Positions 31,164-40,996 of a DNA stretch of 64,000 nucleotides are shown piece after piece. Origin of the DNA: Dehalococcoidia bacterium (lineage in GTDB: Bacteria > Chloroflexota > Dehalococcoidia > Bin125). Position 1 is the first letter of the stretch. Every line of letters starts with the position of its first letter. The notes under the pieces are model-generated. The model did no database searches and had not been told where the DNA came from. It saw nothing but the letters and a program-made list of their open reading frames with translations. The stretch lies in the NCBI GenBank assembly GCA_963662615.2, contig CAXXSR010000001.1:32001-96000 (forward strand). Reading direction: 5' to 3'. The position numbers and the translations under genes are program-made.

Positions 31164-32489
31164 ATGTCATTCGATACGCTCGGCCTGCGCGCCGAGCTCC
31201 TGCGAGCGATCCGGGATCAAGGCTATGCCACTCCCACCCCCGTGCAGGAACGCGCAATTCCGCCGATCCTTGCGGGCCGCGATCTGATGGCCGCGGCCCA
31301 GACGGGAACGGGAAAGACGGCGGCCTTCACGCTGCCATTGTTGCAACGATTGATGACCAACGACCGTAGCGGCCGGCAGCCAGTGCGCGCGTTGGTAGTG
31401 GTACCAACGCGGGAACTCGCCGTACAGGTCAGGGAAAGCATTCGTATCTATGGCAGGCACCTGCCCCTGAGGAGCATCGCGATCTTCGGGGGCGTCGGGA
31501 TCCAACCGCAGATTTCCACCCTGCGCCGAGGGGTCGACGTTGTGATCGCCACGCCGGGGCGCCTGCTCGAGCATGCGCAGCAAGGCACCGTGGATCTGGC
31601 GAACGTTGAGGTATGTGTGCTGGATGAAGCCGATCGCATGCTGGACATGGGGTTCCTTCCGGATGTCCGGCGCGTTTTGGCGCTGCTGCCGAAGCGCCGA
31701 CAGAATTTGTTGTTTGGCGCGACTCTTTTCGGCGAGATCGCAAAGTTCGCTGAAGGCCTGCTGCACGACCCGGAATTCGTCAGCGTGGTGCCTCGCAACG
31801 TCGCGGCCGAGAGCGTGGAGCAGCTCGTCTACCGCGTGGACACCAAGCGGAAGCCCGCCCTGCTCGCCGAACTCTTCGGGGCTGAGGGATGGGACCAAGT
31901 GCTGGTCTTCACTCGCACCAAGCATCGCGCCAACCTGGTGGCCACGGACCTCAGAGCCGCCGGCATCAAGGCGGAGGCGATCCACGGAAATAAGAGCCAG
32001 TCTGCCCGCACCCGCGCCCTTGCCAGCTTCAAGGCCGGCCACATGCAGGCATTGATCGCCACGGATCTCGCATCGCGCGGACTCGACATCAGCGGCCTGC
32101 CGCAGGTGGTCAACTTTGAACTGCCGTTCGTCCCGGAGGATTACGTGCATCGCGTCGGCCGGACCGGCCGCGCGGGCGCGGGCGGTGCGGCGGTTTCCCT
32201 GGTGTGTGCAAGCGAACACCAACAGCTACGTGCGATCGAACGGCTGCTCGGACGGAAGTTACCCGCGGAGACCATCGTTGGATTCGAGCCCGACCCTACA
32301 ATTTTCCACGAGCCGATCAGGCAAGGGCAAGGCCGGCGGTCGCGACCCGACCGCCGCAGCCAGCCAGCGTCGCCTCGGCCAGGCGGCCGGTCGGAAAGCA
32401 ACGGCGGCCGCGCCGGCGCCCGGCGCCGCCGGCGGCCAAGCAGTGGATCGGGTGCGCGCGCCGACAGTGCGCCGGCACGTCGGGGATGA
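31164..32489 (+). CDS. rhlE: DEAD-box RNA helicase (RhlE-like)
   Basis: Q motif, AQTGTGKT, PTRELA, TPGRL, DEADRMLDMGF, HRVGRTGRAG, basic C-terminal tail. Confidence 0.9.
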   Translation: MSFDTLGLRAELLRAIRDQGYATPTPVQERAIPPILAGRDLMAAAQTGTGKTAAFTLPLLQRLMTNDRSGRQPVRALVVVPTRELAVQVRESIRIYGRHLPLRSIAIFGGVGIQPQISTLRRGVDVVIATPGRLLEHAQQGTVDLANVEVCVLDEADRMLDMGFLPDVRRVLALLPKRRQNLLFGATLFGEIAKFAEGLLHDPEFVSVVPRNVAAESVEQLVYRVDTKRKPALLAELFGAEGWDQVLVFTRTKHRANLVATDLRAAGIKAEAIHGNKSQSARTRALASFKAGHMQALIATDLASRGLDISGLPQVVNFELPFVPEDYVHRVGRTGRAGAGGAAVSLVCASEHQQLRAIERLLGRKLPAETIVGFEPDPTIFHEPIRQGQGRRSRPDRRSQPASPRPGGRSESNGGRAGARRRRRPSSGSGARADSAPARRG

Positions 32490-32654
32490 CACCAAGCGGA
32501 CCTGCGTCGTGGGAGCACAAAAACACATCCGTTCTGAACTCGGCTCCGATCGACGTCGCCATCATCGAGATCAGAGCGGATGGATTCTTCGGGCGCCACC
32601 GGTCCCTCGCTACGCGTGCGGCGGATGCGCTAGACTCTGGACACGACTGAATAG

Positions 32655-32775
32655 GTTTGGGCCGAATCCCTCCGCGGAGGGTACGGGGGACCCACCACTT
32701 GGGGTGAATAGGGCGCCCGCCCTTAGGCAACTCCTTCTTGCCGAACCCGACAGCTAACCCCGTAGGCGACTGAGG
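32655..32775 (+). promoter_or_regulatory. c-di-AMP riboswitch (ydaO/yuaA)
   Basis: GCCGAATCC...GGTACGGGGGACC...TTGGGGTGAAT...CCGAACCCGACAGCTAACCCCGTAGGCG follows the order of ydaO consensus blocks. Confidence 0.88.
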
Positions 32776-32960
32776 GAACGTTTCTACTCAGAAGCCGGCC
32801 GTGTCCAGCGGATCGGCTCTTGGTTCGCCGACCCGCTACACGGTCGATTCGAGAACCCGCAGTCCGTCAGTCCAAGTAGATGATGTGAGTCCCCGCTCTC
32901 CCCAAGAGAGCGGCGCTCAGACAGGACAGGGCTTCTCGCTCGCCCTGTCCGCCTCCTGAC

Positions 32961-32998
32961 CAGCGCCCGGGCATCGTACGCCCGGGCGCTGCGTTTAA
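32961..32998 (+). terminator. Terminator-like hairpin
   Basis: cagcgcccgggc / gcccgggcgctg 12-bp stem followed by cgtttaat. Confidence 0.5.
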
Positions 32999-33120
32999 TC
33001 AGGATTTCGGGCTGGCCGGCCGCCGTGATCGGCGCCGGTCGGGGCCCAACTGGTCCCGCTCCTTGCGAAGTCCGATTCTGCGCGGACGTTCTGGCAGGTT
33101 GTGAGGTCGCCCCGTGAGTC

Positions 33121-33805
33121 GGACTCTATGTCGGACAGACCTGTCCGACATAGAGTTCAATGCACCACCGAAGGGTGGCTTGCCGACTTCCATCACGGCC
33201 CAGCACTGCTGTCCGAGATAGGGCGGACGTCCGCGGTCCGGCACTGACTCGGATACGGCCAACTCTATTTCGTACAGGACTGTTCGACATCGAGTCCGAC
33301 ACGCCGTTTAATACCGTACTGACTTGCACCGAGTCGAGAACAGTAGTGTCCGACATAGAGTTCGATACGCGATCGCTCCATTGCTGCATTGGACGGGTCG
33401 ACACGCCAGCATGTGTGAATGGGTACGCATCGGGGGTCCGGGGGTCTCGGAGTCGGGGGGCGCATCGACGCACGTGGGTTAGCCCTGACGGGGCGCAAGG
33501 ACGGCGACGGCTAGCTGCCGCGGAGTTGGGCCCGGAGGTCTTCTGGATCCCAGGCACCGACGTTTCGCAGGCGGTCCGTTCAATCTGTCTCTGCACCATC
33601 CGGTCGCGCGCACACTCCGTTTCTACATCGGATAGATGTACCCGAACGGAGAATCGAACTGTGCATCGCAGGGAATTCTGGCCTTCTGCTTGGGAAGCAG
33701 ATCGTGACACGAAGATGACGTTAGCGGCGACGGAGACACCATCTGAACAATCCGGGTCGGATGCTGGATTGAACTTCGTACAGACCCGTCCGACATAGAA
33801 TTCAA
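33121..33805. repeat. Cluster of 38-bp palindromic repeats (~33121, 33205, 33261, 33330, 33620, 33771)
   Basis: 33123-33156 is a perfect palindrome ACTCTATGTCGGACAG-AC-CTGTCCGACATAGAGT; the others are degenerate or half copies. Confidence 0.88.
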
Positions 33806-33843
33806 GAGAGTGTTGGGGAATGTGAGTTCAAGCAAGGTTGTCA

Positions 33844-34851
33844 TCAAACGCCAGGTCGCCGGAGTCGATGGCACTCGGTCACAATCTCGTCATCATTACC
33901 GCGGAACTTAAACGAGGATTCCATCCGGCCCACACCATCGTCGGCCGGCGACCAGCGTGGCCATACATCTGGCGCGGGATGGTCAGTCAGCCGGATCTGC
34001 CCGGAGCCGTCCGCGTTCATGCTGTAGATCTCGCGATTTCCGCCAGCACGCTCAGAAGAGAAGGCGATCCGTGTGCCGTCCGGTGACCAGTCCGGGAAGA
34101 AGTCGTCGGCAAAGGAGCTCTCGGTGAGCCGAGCCCGTCCGGAGGTGTCGGCGTTCATGACGTAGATGTCGAAGTGCTCCAGAGCCGACGAGAAACTCGA
34201 GAAGGTGATGCGGGTGCCGTCGGGCGACCAGGCGGGAAACGCTCCGGGGACGAGCTGGGCTGCCCCCGAACCGCCAGCGTTCATGACATATATGGTGGCG
34301 TCTACCGGTACGAATCGGCCGCCGGACATGTAGGCAATCTGGTCGCCGTCCGGTGACCAAGCGGGGGCGGCGACAACAGCGGCGTCATTGGTGAGGCGGA
34401 TCACCCCCGAGCCATCGGCGTTCATGACGTAAATGTCGTAGGTCCCGTCGCGGTCTGAAGCGAAGGCGATGCGCTCGCCGTCGGGGGACCAGGCAGGAGT
34501 GCGGTCCGAGGCGAGGTCATTAGTAAGGCGATTCACCGCCGAGCCATCGGCGTTCATCACGTAGATCTCGAAGTTCCCATCGCGGTTCGTCATGAAGGCG
34601 ATGCGCTTTCCGTTGGGCGACCAAGCAGGCGCGCCGTCTACGGTACAATTGTCGGTGAGGCGGGTCACCGCCGAGCCATTAGCGTTCATGACGTAGATCT
34701 CGTTATTTCCGTGGCGGGAAGAGACGAAGGCGATCTGTCCTTGCAGATCACTGACCGGTCGTTCCCCCGGGTCAGCCCGGCCATCACCACTGCCGGAACA
34801 AGCGGCGACAATCGCCAGCGCGAGTAACGCGACGAGCCCGATCTGCAACAC
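33844..34851 (-). CDS. TolB-like PD40-repeat lipoprotein
   Basis: Lipobox VAAC; repeated EIYVMNADGS..RLT...PAWSPDG.RIAF. Confidence 0.88.
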   Translation of the reverse strand: MLQIGLVALLALAIVAACSGSGDGRADPGERPVSDLQGQIAFVSSRHGNNEIYVMNANGSAVTRLTDNCTVDGAPAWSPNGKRIAFMTNRDGNFEIYVMNADGSAVNRLTNDLASDRTPAWSPDGERIAFASDRDGTYDIYVMNADGSGVIRLTNDAAVVAAPAWSPDGDQIAYMSGGRFVPVDATIYVMNAGGSGAAQLVPGAFPAWSPDGTRITFSSFSSALEHFDIYVMNADTSGRARLTESSFADDFFPDWSPDGTRIAFSSERAGGNREIYSMNADGSGQIRLTDHPAPDVWPRWSPADDGVGRMESSFKFRGNDDEIVTECHRLRRPGV

Positions 34852-35172
34852 GATCGAACTCTAGCAAACAGCTCCGCTGCCATGAGAACTGGCCCGCTAG
34901 GGCGGTCCGCTTGAGCGCCGTCCGCTTGTCGCCCTCCGCTTGGATGCCATTCTTGCGAGCCAAGACGCGTCGGCTCACCGTGATGAGGGAGGTGAGCGGT
35001 GCTCTGCTTCCAGGGGTGAGGGACGGCAACGCAGCCGAGAATGTCAGTAGACTGTACCCCCTCGCGGGTGGGGCGGACAGGGGAAGGCAGCCTCTGCCCT
35101 TGGCGCAGCCGACTCCAACCCCGCGCCGATGGGCGCGCGCATGAAGAATTGTTGGAGAATGGACCGCCCGGC

Positions 35173-36087
35173 ATGAATGCCAAAGGGCTCGGCCGCGCGT
35201 TCGTGGCCTTCACCGGGGTGGCTGTCATCACGTCCGCGTGCGGCGGGGAGATGGAGAGCAGTACCCTTGCGGGCGAGGTCCCTGCGCAGCGCGACGCCGT
35301 GATCGTCTTCGAGTCCACCCGTGACCGGAACGCTGAGATCTACGTCATGGACGCCGACGGATCAGGAGTGACCAATCTGACCAATCACCCAGCGTCAGAC
35401 GTTACACCTGCTTGTTCACCCGACGGAAAACAAATCGCCTGGGCAACCGACCGCGAGGGCAAATTCCAGATCTACGTCATGGATGCCGACGGATCAGGAG
35501 TGACCAACGTCACGCGGAGTTCTGCGGCGGAGTTCGGTCCCGCCTGGTCCCCCGACGGCGAGCGCATCGCCTTCGTGTCGGACCGCGACGGCAACCCCGA
35601 GATCTACGTCGTCGACGCCGACGGCTCGATGCTGACTCGCCTCACCGACAATTCCACCCAAGACTTCGTGCCAACGTGGGCGCCCGACGGAAGCTGCATC
35701 GCTTTCTCAACACCACCAGACCACCAAAACGCTGTATACGTGGTCAACGCTGATGGCTCAGGGTCGGTCCGCATGGGGCCTGGAGGCTTTCCCGCGTGGT
35801 CTCCCGACGGCAGGCGTATTGCGTTCACCGGCTTCCTTTTCGGCGCGCTCACCAATGGAATTCACCTGATGCGTCCCGACGGCTCCGAACGCACCCGACT
35901 GACGGAGATCGGAAGCCTTGGCCCCGTAGCCTGGTCCCCAGACGGCAGCCGCATCCTGTTCTCCTCCGTACAGATCGGTGTCGGGGCTTTCGATATCTAT
36001 ATCATGGAGCCCGATGGCTCGGAACTGATCAGGCTCACCCGTCATCCCGCCAGCGATGACGTTCCCTGCTGGATCCCGATCCCCTAG
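35173..36087 (+). CDS. TolB-like PD40-repeat lipoprotein
   Basis: Lipobox TSAC; repeated IYVMDADGS...LT...PAWSPDG..IAF. Confidence 0.88.
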   Translation: MNAKGLGRAFVAFTGVAVITSACGGEMESSTLAGEVPAQRDAVIVFESTRDRNAEIYVMDADGSGVTNLTNHPASDVTPACSPDGKQIAWATDREGKFQIYVMDADGSGVTNVTRSSAAEFGPAWSPDGERIAFVSDRDGNPEIYVVDADGSMLTRLTDNSTQDFVPTWAPDGSCIAFSTPPDHQNAVYVVNADGSGSVRMGPGGFPAWSPDGRRIAFTGFLFGALTNGIHLMRPDGSERTRLTEIGSLGPVAWSPDGSRILFSSVQIGVGAFDIYIMEPDGSELIRLTRHPASDDVPCWIPIP

Positions 36088-36335
36088 GGGACTACCAGTT
36101 CTGTTCGCTTCTGATGCATCCGGCACGCGCTTTCAAGTCTACTTCTACTTCGGTCAGGTCTGTCCGGTTCTGTCAGATTTCCGGGTGCCGGGGCGACCTG
36201 GGCGAGGCGCTCCCCCGGCCCCGCATGGTACTAGGGAATTCGTCGCAATGTGGCTACGGAGACTCGTGGAGCAACTTCGCAAGAAAACCTCTAGAAGTGG
36301 ACGACGGTCCCGCGACACACCGGCGACCTTGAATT

Positions 36336-36498
36336 GAGCTCTATGTCGGACTGATCTGTCCGACTCCGGATGGCATGTCCGATCCGCATCATCGGATGCG
36401 TGTCTCCGTCCCAGCCGCCGCCGACACTTCCCCGACGGGCTCGGTCGCTCGCTCCTAGAAGTGAACTCTCGTTCGGACAGGACTGTTCGACATAGAGA
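36336..36498. repeat. Two copies of the 38-bp palindromic repeat
   Basis: gagctctatgtcggactg-at-ctgtccgac (36336) and gaactctcgttcggacag-ga-ctgttcgacatagaga (36463). Confidence 0.8.
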
Positions 36499-36794
36499 CC
36501 GTCTTTCCAATTCCCTGTGGGCGAGGCCGAGATGCCAACGGCACAGCCCTGGCTTCGGCCGAGCAGTACGTCCGTCTCCCGCCGGCGCTGGATCGGTATG
36601 AGGCGCTGCGGTTGACAACCCCTGCAGGAACGGCCAGCATCCGTTCGCATATCTCTTGCAGGGATGCCCGTGACTTTATCAGTGGCTGCTAGGGCCCATG
36701 GCATCGTGCGGTATCAACTTGAGCGACGACATGTGCAAGCCCATTCGCCTGTTGTTAAGCACCGGCCACGTCATTGCAGCGAAAGGAACAACCA

Positions 36795-38537
36795 ATGGCT
36801 GACTTTGACATTCTGATCAAGGGCGGCACCGTCGTCGACGGGACCCGCGTGCCGAAGTACCGCGCTGATGTGGGGATCAAGGACGGACGTATCGCCCAGA
36901 TCGGGGGCATCCGCGGCAGGGACGCTGACAAGGTCCTGGACGCGAGCGGGCTGATCGTCGCGCCGGGCTTCGTGGACCTCCATACGCACTACGACGCGCA
37001 GATCCAGTGGGACCCGTACTGCACGATCTCCGGCTGGCACGGGGTGACCTCAGTGGCCCTGGGGAACTGCGGCTTCGGCTTCGCCCCCGTGCGGCCGGAG
37101 CTGCGCGAGCGCGCCATGCTGATGATGTCGCGCAACGAGGCGATTCCGCTCAAGTCCATGCAGGCGGGGATGCTCTGGGACTGGGTCACCTTCCCGGACT
37201 GGCTGAATACGCTGGCTCGCATCCCCAAGGGCGTCAACTGCATCAGCTACTTCCCGCTCTCCCCCCTCATGATCTGGGTCATGGGCATGGAGGCGGCCAA
37301 GAGCCGGCCCGCCACCGATGAGGAGCGCCGCGAAATGCAGCGGCTGCTGGGCGAGGGCATGGACGCCGGCGCCTGCGGCTACTCCGTTCAGCGGCTGGGC
37401 CCACGATCGCTCCAGGCGGACTACGACGGCACGCCCATGCCGACGGACACCATGGCGGACGAGGACGTGTTGGCCTTTGCGGAGGTGCTGCGCGAGCGCG
37501 ACGAAGGGCTGGTTCAGATCCAGCAGTCCTCCACCGGCGATGCTTTTGGGGCGGGCAGCGACGACAACCCCGACTGGCGCTTCGTTGAGAAGCTCGCGGC
37601 GACGGCTCAGCGGCCGATCCTCTACAACCTGGTGGCGGCCTTCGACGAAATGCCGGAGTTTCACCGCCTGAGTATGAAGTGGCTGGCGGAGGCCAACGCA
37701 CGGGGCCTGCCCGTCTTCGGTCAAGGCGCGAGCCTTCGGACGTGGATGAACTTCACGCTGGAAGACTGGAACCTCTACGACTCCAGCCCGGCCTGGAACA
37801 AGGCGACCCAGGGCACACCGGCCGAACGGGCCCAGAAGCTTTCGGACCGGGCGACTCGCGAGCAGATGAAGGCCGAGGAGAATATTCTGACGACCCAGGG
37901 GCTTGGCGGCCCGATTGACGGCCTGACGGTTCAAAGCGTTGGCGAGCACGCCGAGCTGAGGAAGTATGAGGGGCGCACTCTGGGGGCGATCGCGCAGGAG
38001 GAGGGCAAGCACCACATTGACGTGATGCTCGACATCGCCGTGGCGAGCGAGTTGAAGACGGTTTTCCTGACTCCGGACATGACGAGCAGCGACCCGGACA
38101 AAGTCTCCGAGCTGATGCTCTCCCCCTATGTGGTGCCCGGGATCTCGGACGGGGGCGCCCACACAAAATTCTTCGCCGGAGGCTCGTACACGACAGACTT
38201 CCTCAGTTGGCTGGTCCGCGATACCGGCAAGATCACGCTGGAGGAGGCGCACTACCACCTCAGCACCCTGCCGGCGCATGCGGGGGGATTCAAAGACCGC
38301 GGCACCCTGCGCGAGGGCGCCGCCGCCGATGTGGTGGTCTACGACTTGGAAGGCTTGAAGCGGGTGCCCGAGCGCGACCATGAAGTCGCCTACGATTACC
38401 CGGCGAATGAGTGGCGGCGCATACAACGAGCAGAGGGCTACCGCTGGATCCTGGTCAACGGCGAGGTCACGTTTGAGGACGGTGAGTGCACCGGCGCCAC
38501 GCCCGGCAAGTTGCTCCGGCATGGCAGGGGGGACTAA
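36795..38537 (+). CDS. N-acyl-D-amino-acid deacylase family amidohydrolase (paralog A)
   Basis: IKGGTVVDG, APGFVDLHTHYD, GNCGFG, SDGGAH, RGTLREGAAADVVVYD. Confidence 0.92.
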   Translation: MADFDILIKGGTVVDGTRVPKYRADVGIKDGRIAQIGGIRGRDADKVLDASGLIVAPGFVDLHTHYDAQIQWDPYCTISGWHGVTSVALGNCGFGFAPVRPELRERAMLMMSRNEAIPLKSMQAGMLWDWVTFPDWLNTLARIPKGVNCISYFPLSPLMIWVMGMEAAKSRPATDEERREMQRLLGEGMDAGACGYSVQRLGPRSLQADYDGTPMPTDTMADEDVLAFAEVLRERDEGLVQIQQSSTGDAFGAGSDDNPDWRFVEKLAATAQRPILYNLVAAFDEMPEFHRLSMKWLAEANARGLPVFGQGASLRTWMNFTLEDWNLYDSSPAWNKATQGTPAERAQKLSDRATREQMKAEENILTTQGLGGPIDGLTVQSVGEHAELRKYEGRTLGAIAQEEGKHHIDVMLDIAVASELKTVFLTPDMTSSDPDKVSELMLSPYVVPGISDGGAHTKFFAGGSYTTDFLSWLVRDTGKITLEEAHYHLSTLPAHAGGFKDRGTLREGAAADVVVYDLEGLKRVPERDHEVAYDYPANEWRRIQRAEGYRWILVNGEVTFEDGECTGATPGKLLRHGRGD

Positions 38538-38885
38538 GCCCGTCGCGCAGACTTTCGATTGCGTGAAGCGCGGCGAACCGCCGAATGGGACTGTTTGCCG
38601 GGTCTTTGAGCGACGCACCACACGTCCCTCGCACGATCGACTTCTGGTGTGTCGCACCCGGTTGAGCACAGGACTCGTCGAGATCCCGATCGCTGGAGTA
38701 ACCGCTTCCCGCCGTCCTTGAGACGACGGGGCGCGTGCGTGCGCTTCGGCGTTCTGCGCCGCAAGAAATTGGGATTGAAGGCCATACGGGTAGATGTATC
38801 GCAGAGACAGTCCGGTTTCAGGCGCCGCTCGGCCTTTCGGGAAGCGGCTACGGACGCCCAGTTCGCGGCCGGCTCAGTGTCGCGA

Positions 38886-39767
38886 ATGATTGATCGATCC
38901 TCAGGCACGCTCGGTGGCCATCGCCACAATGCACGGTGGTGGGCAGCCGCGATCGTCGCGGCAACTCTAGTGATCGGCGCCTGCGGTGACGACGATGACA
39001 GCGTGGCAGAACCAGTTCCAGATCCAGTCGTCAGTCCTACCCCTGAGCCAGCGGCGCCAACCGTACCCGCCGCTGAGGTCCCGCCTGAGGCCGTGGTGGA
39101 GCCGCCGGCACAGACGACCGAGCTTGTAGACGTGGCTCCGCTTCCCCAACTTGATGAGGTGAGGTACATCGTCGCGGCAGGCGACACACTTGGAGGAATC
39201 GCCGCGGTGTTTGGGACGACCGTAGACACGCTTGCGGAGCTGAACGAGATCGAGAATCCGCATGCCATCGCCGTTGGCCAGATCATCCGCATCCCGTTGC
39301 CGCCGCGCAGCCCCCTGTTGCCGGATGCGACGCAGCGAAGTCGTCTGCAAGGCGTCGACCTCGTCGAGGTGATCGACGGGGACTCGATCGTGACGCGCTT
39401 TCGGGACGGCAGTATTCATGGCGTGCGGTACATCGCGATCGACGCCCCCGAATTGCGGGAGCCATTCGGTGCGGACGCGTCTGCTCAGAACGCGGAGCTG
39501 CTTGACGGCGCCGTCTTCCTGGAAGAGGACGTCGACGATCGCGATCGCTTGGGGCGCCTCCTCCGGCACGTCTGGGTTGAAGACGAGACAGGTGCGCTAC
39601 TACTCATCAATGCGGCCCTCGTCTCACTGGGCTTCGCGCAAGTGAGCACGCTCCCGCCGGAGGGGAAGTACGCGGATCTCTACAAGGCCGCGCAAGAGGC
39701 GGCTGAGGCGGCCAGAGCCGGAATGTGGGGCGGCGGTCCACCATTGGAGGGCCGGGACACTTCCTGA
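38886..39767 (+). CDS. LysM plus thermonuclease (SNase) lipoprotein
   Basis: Lipobox IGAC, Pro-rich linker, YIVAAGDTLGGIA..FG..LAELN (LysM), VIDGDS, IDAPE, DRLGRLL, GMWG (SNase). Confidence 0.85.
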   Translation: MIDRSSGTLGGHRHNARWWAAAIVAATLVIGACGDDDDSVAEPVPDPVVSPTPEPAAPTVPAAEVPPEAVVEPPAQTTELVDVAPLPQLDEVRYIVAAGDTLGGIAAVFGTTVDTLAELNEIENPHAIAVGQIIRIPLPPRSPLLPDATQRSRLQGVDLVEVIDGDSIVTRFRDGSIHGVRYIAIDAPELREPFGADASAQNAELLDGAVFLEEDVDDRDRLGRLLRHVWVEDETGALLLINAALVSLGFAQVSTLPPEGKYADLYKAAQEAAEAARAGMWGGGPPLEGRDTS

Positions 39768-39854
39768 ACACCAGAAGAACTGTTGTCCAGCCCGCGGCCG
39801 GCGAGAGTCGGTCGCCCGACCGCGGGCCAGCCAGCGGAATCTAGGCAATACGTC

Positions 39855-40065
39855 CCGACGGATCCGACCGTACCCGCCTGACCCGAAACGGAAGCCTTGG
39901 CCCCGTATCCTGGTCACCAGAGAGCAGCCTCCTCCTGTTCTCCGCCCTGCAGCTCGGCATCGGGGCTCTTGACGTCTACCGAATGAACGCCGACGGCTGC
40001 GAGCTGGTGCGGCGCACGCTCCACCCAGCTAGCGACGACCTCCCTTGCTGGTTGCCGCTCTCGTA
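39855..40065 (+). pseudogene. Degraded duplicate of the 3' end of the 35173..36087 TolB-like gene
   Basis: PDGSDRTRLT, GSLGPVSWSP, DVYRMNADGCELVR, HPASDDLPCW match the end of the intact gene, with indels. Confidence 0.75.
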
Positions 40066-40229
40066 GCGTCTCCGACTCTCAAAGCCCACCGCCGCTGCTG
40101 GGCCGTGGCCCCTGGCATCCGGGACGATATAATGCCCGCGCTGCGCGGCTGGATAGAGTTCGCGCTGTGAAATCCGGACCGATCCCGGCGAAGACCTCGA
40201 CGGGCAACGAATGAAGAAGGAATGGGGAC

Positions 40230-40607
40230 ATGGCACTGTCAGCGGAAGACAAGATCGAGATTCTCGAACTCATCGCACGCTACAACCACACTATCGACGC
40301 TGGTGACACCGGGGGTTGGGCAGCCACGTTCACGGAGAACGGGATTTTTGAAGCGCCGGATACGACCGCCCAAGGACCGGAGGAGCTGAAGCGGTTCGTG
40401 GCCAAGATACCACCGGGCGGGCGGCACTGGGTGAACAACGTCATGATCGATGGCAGCGGCGACTCGGCAACAGCGTCCTGCTACCTGCACGTTCTCAACG
40501 TCAAGGAGGGTGGTAAGACCATCGTGACCGGTCTCTACAACGACACACTGGAGAGGGTTGGTGGCGCCTGGAAGATCGCCCATCGCAAGGTGACGCTCGA
40601 CGGCTAG
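40230..40607 (+). CDS. SnoaL/NTF2-like family protein
   Basis: IEILELIARYNHTID...FTENG...RHWVNN...YNDTLER..GAWKIAHR. Confidence 0.85.
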   Translation: MALSAEDKIEILELIARYNHTIDAGDTGGWAATFTENGIFEAPDTTAQGPEELKRFVAKIPPGGRHWVNNVMIDGSGDSATASCYLHVLNVKEGGKTIVTGLYNDTLERVGGAWKIAHRKVTLDG

Positions 40608-40996
40608 GCCTTCAGCCCTCGCGCTGGAGAGCCTACCAGGCATCCGCTCACGCCTCTGCTTTGCCCCAGAAGTTCGTTCTGAAGGATTGTCATCGCGAAC
40701 GGGGCGTGCCGGAAGTTGATCCGAATCATCGCGGGCGAACTCTGCCGATCGTTTCGGCGGAGGGAGGAGACGTCTGGTAAATCGGAGCCACATAGCTCGT
40801 TACTGGGATCGTGCCTGCAGAGCGCTGACCGCCCGGGGCGGACACGAGCGCAGGTGCGAACGGCCGCGTCCGCCGCGATGCCTTGGGGACAAGAGCACGC
40901 TTCGCTAAGTCCCGCTCGCAGCTGCGCCCGGCCGCACAGCGACGCCGGCGGCGACGGGCCGAATGGAACGAGAGTCCTGCGACCGAAGGGGGTCCC

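Noticed and set aside
33121-33805. CRISPR array interpretation of the palindrome clusters
   Set aside because: Spacing is irregular (about 60-290 bp), copies are degenerate and dispersed over 35 kb, and no cas genes are visible.
37050-38669. Long antisense ORFs (also 45241..46659, 49468..50748, 2056..3117, 14866..16056)
   Set aside because: Shadow frames of well-supported genes in high-GC DNA, with no recognisable motifs.
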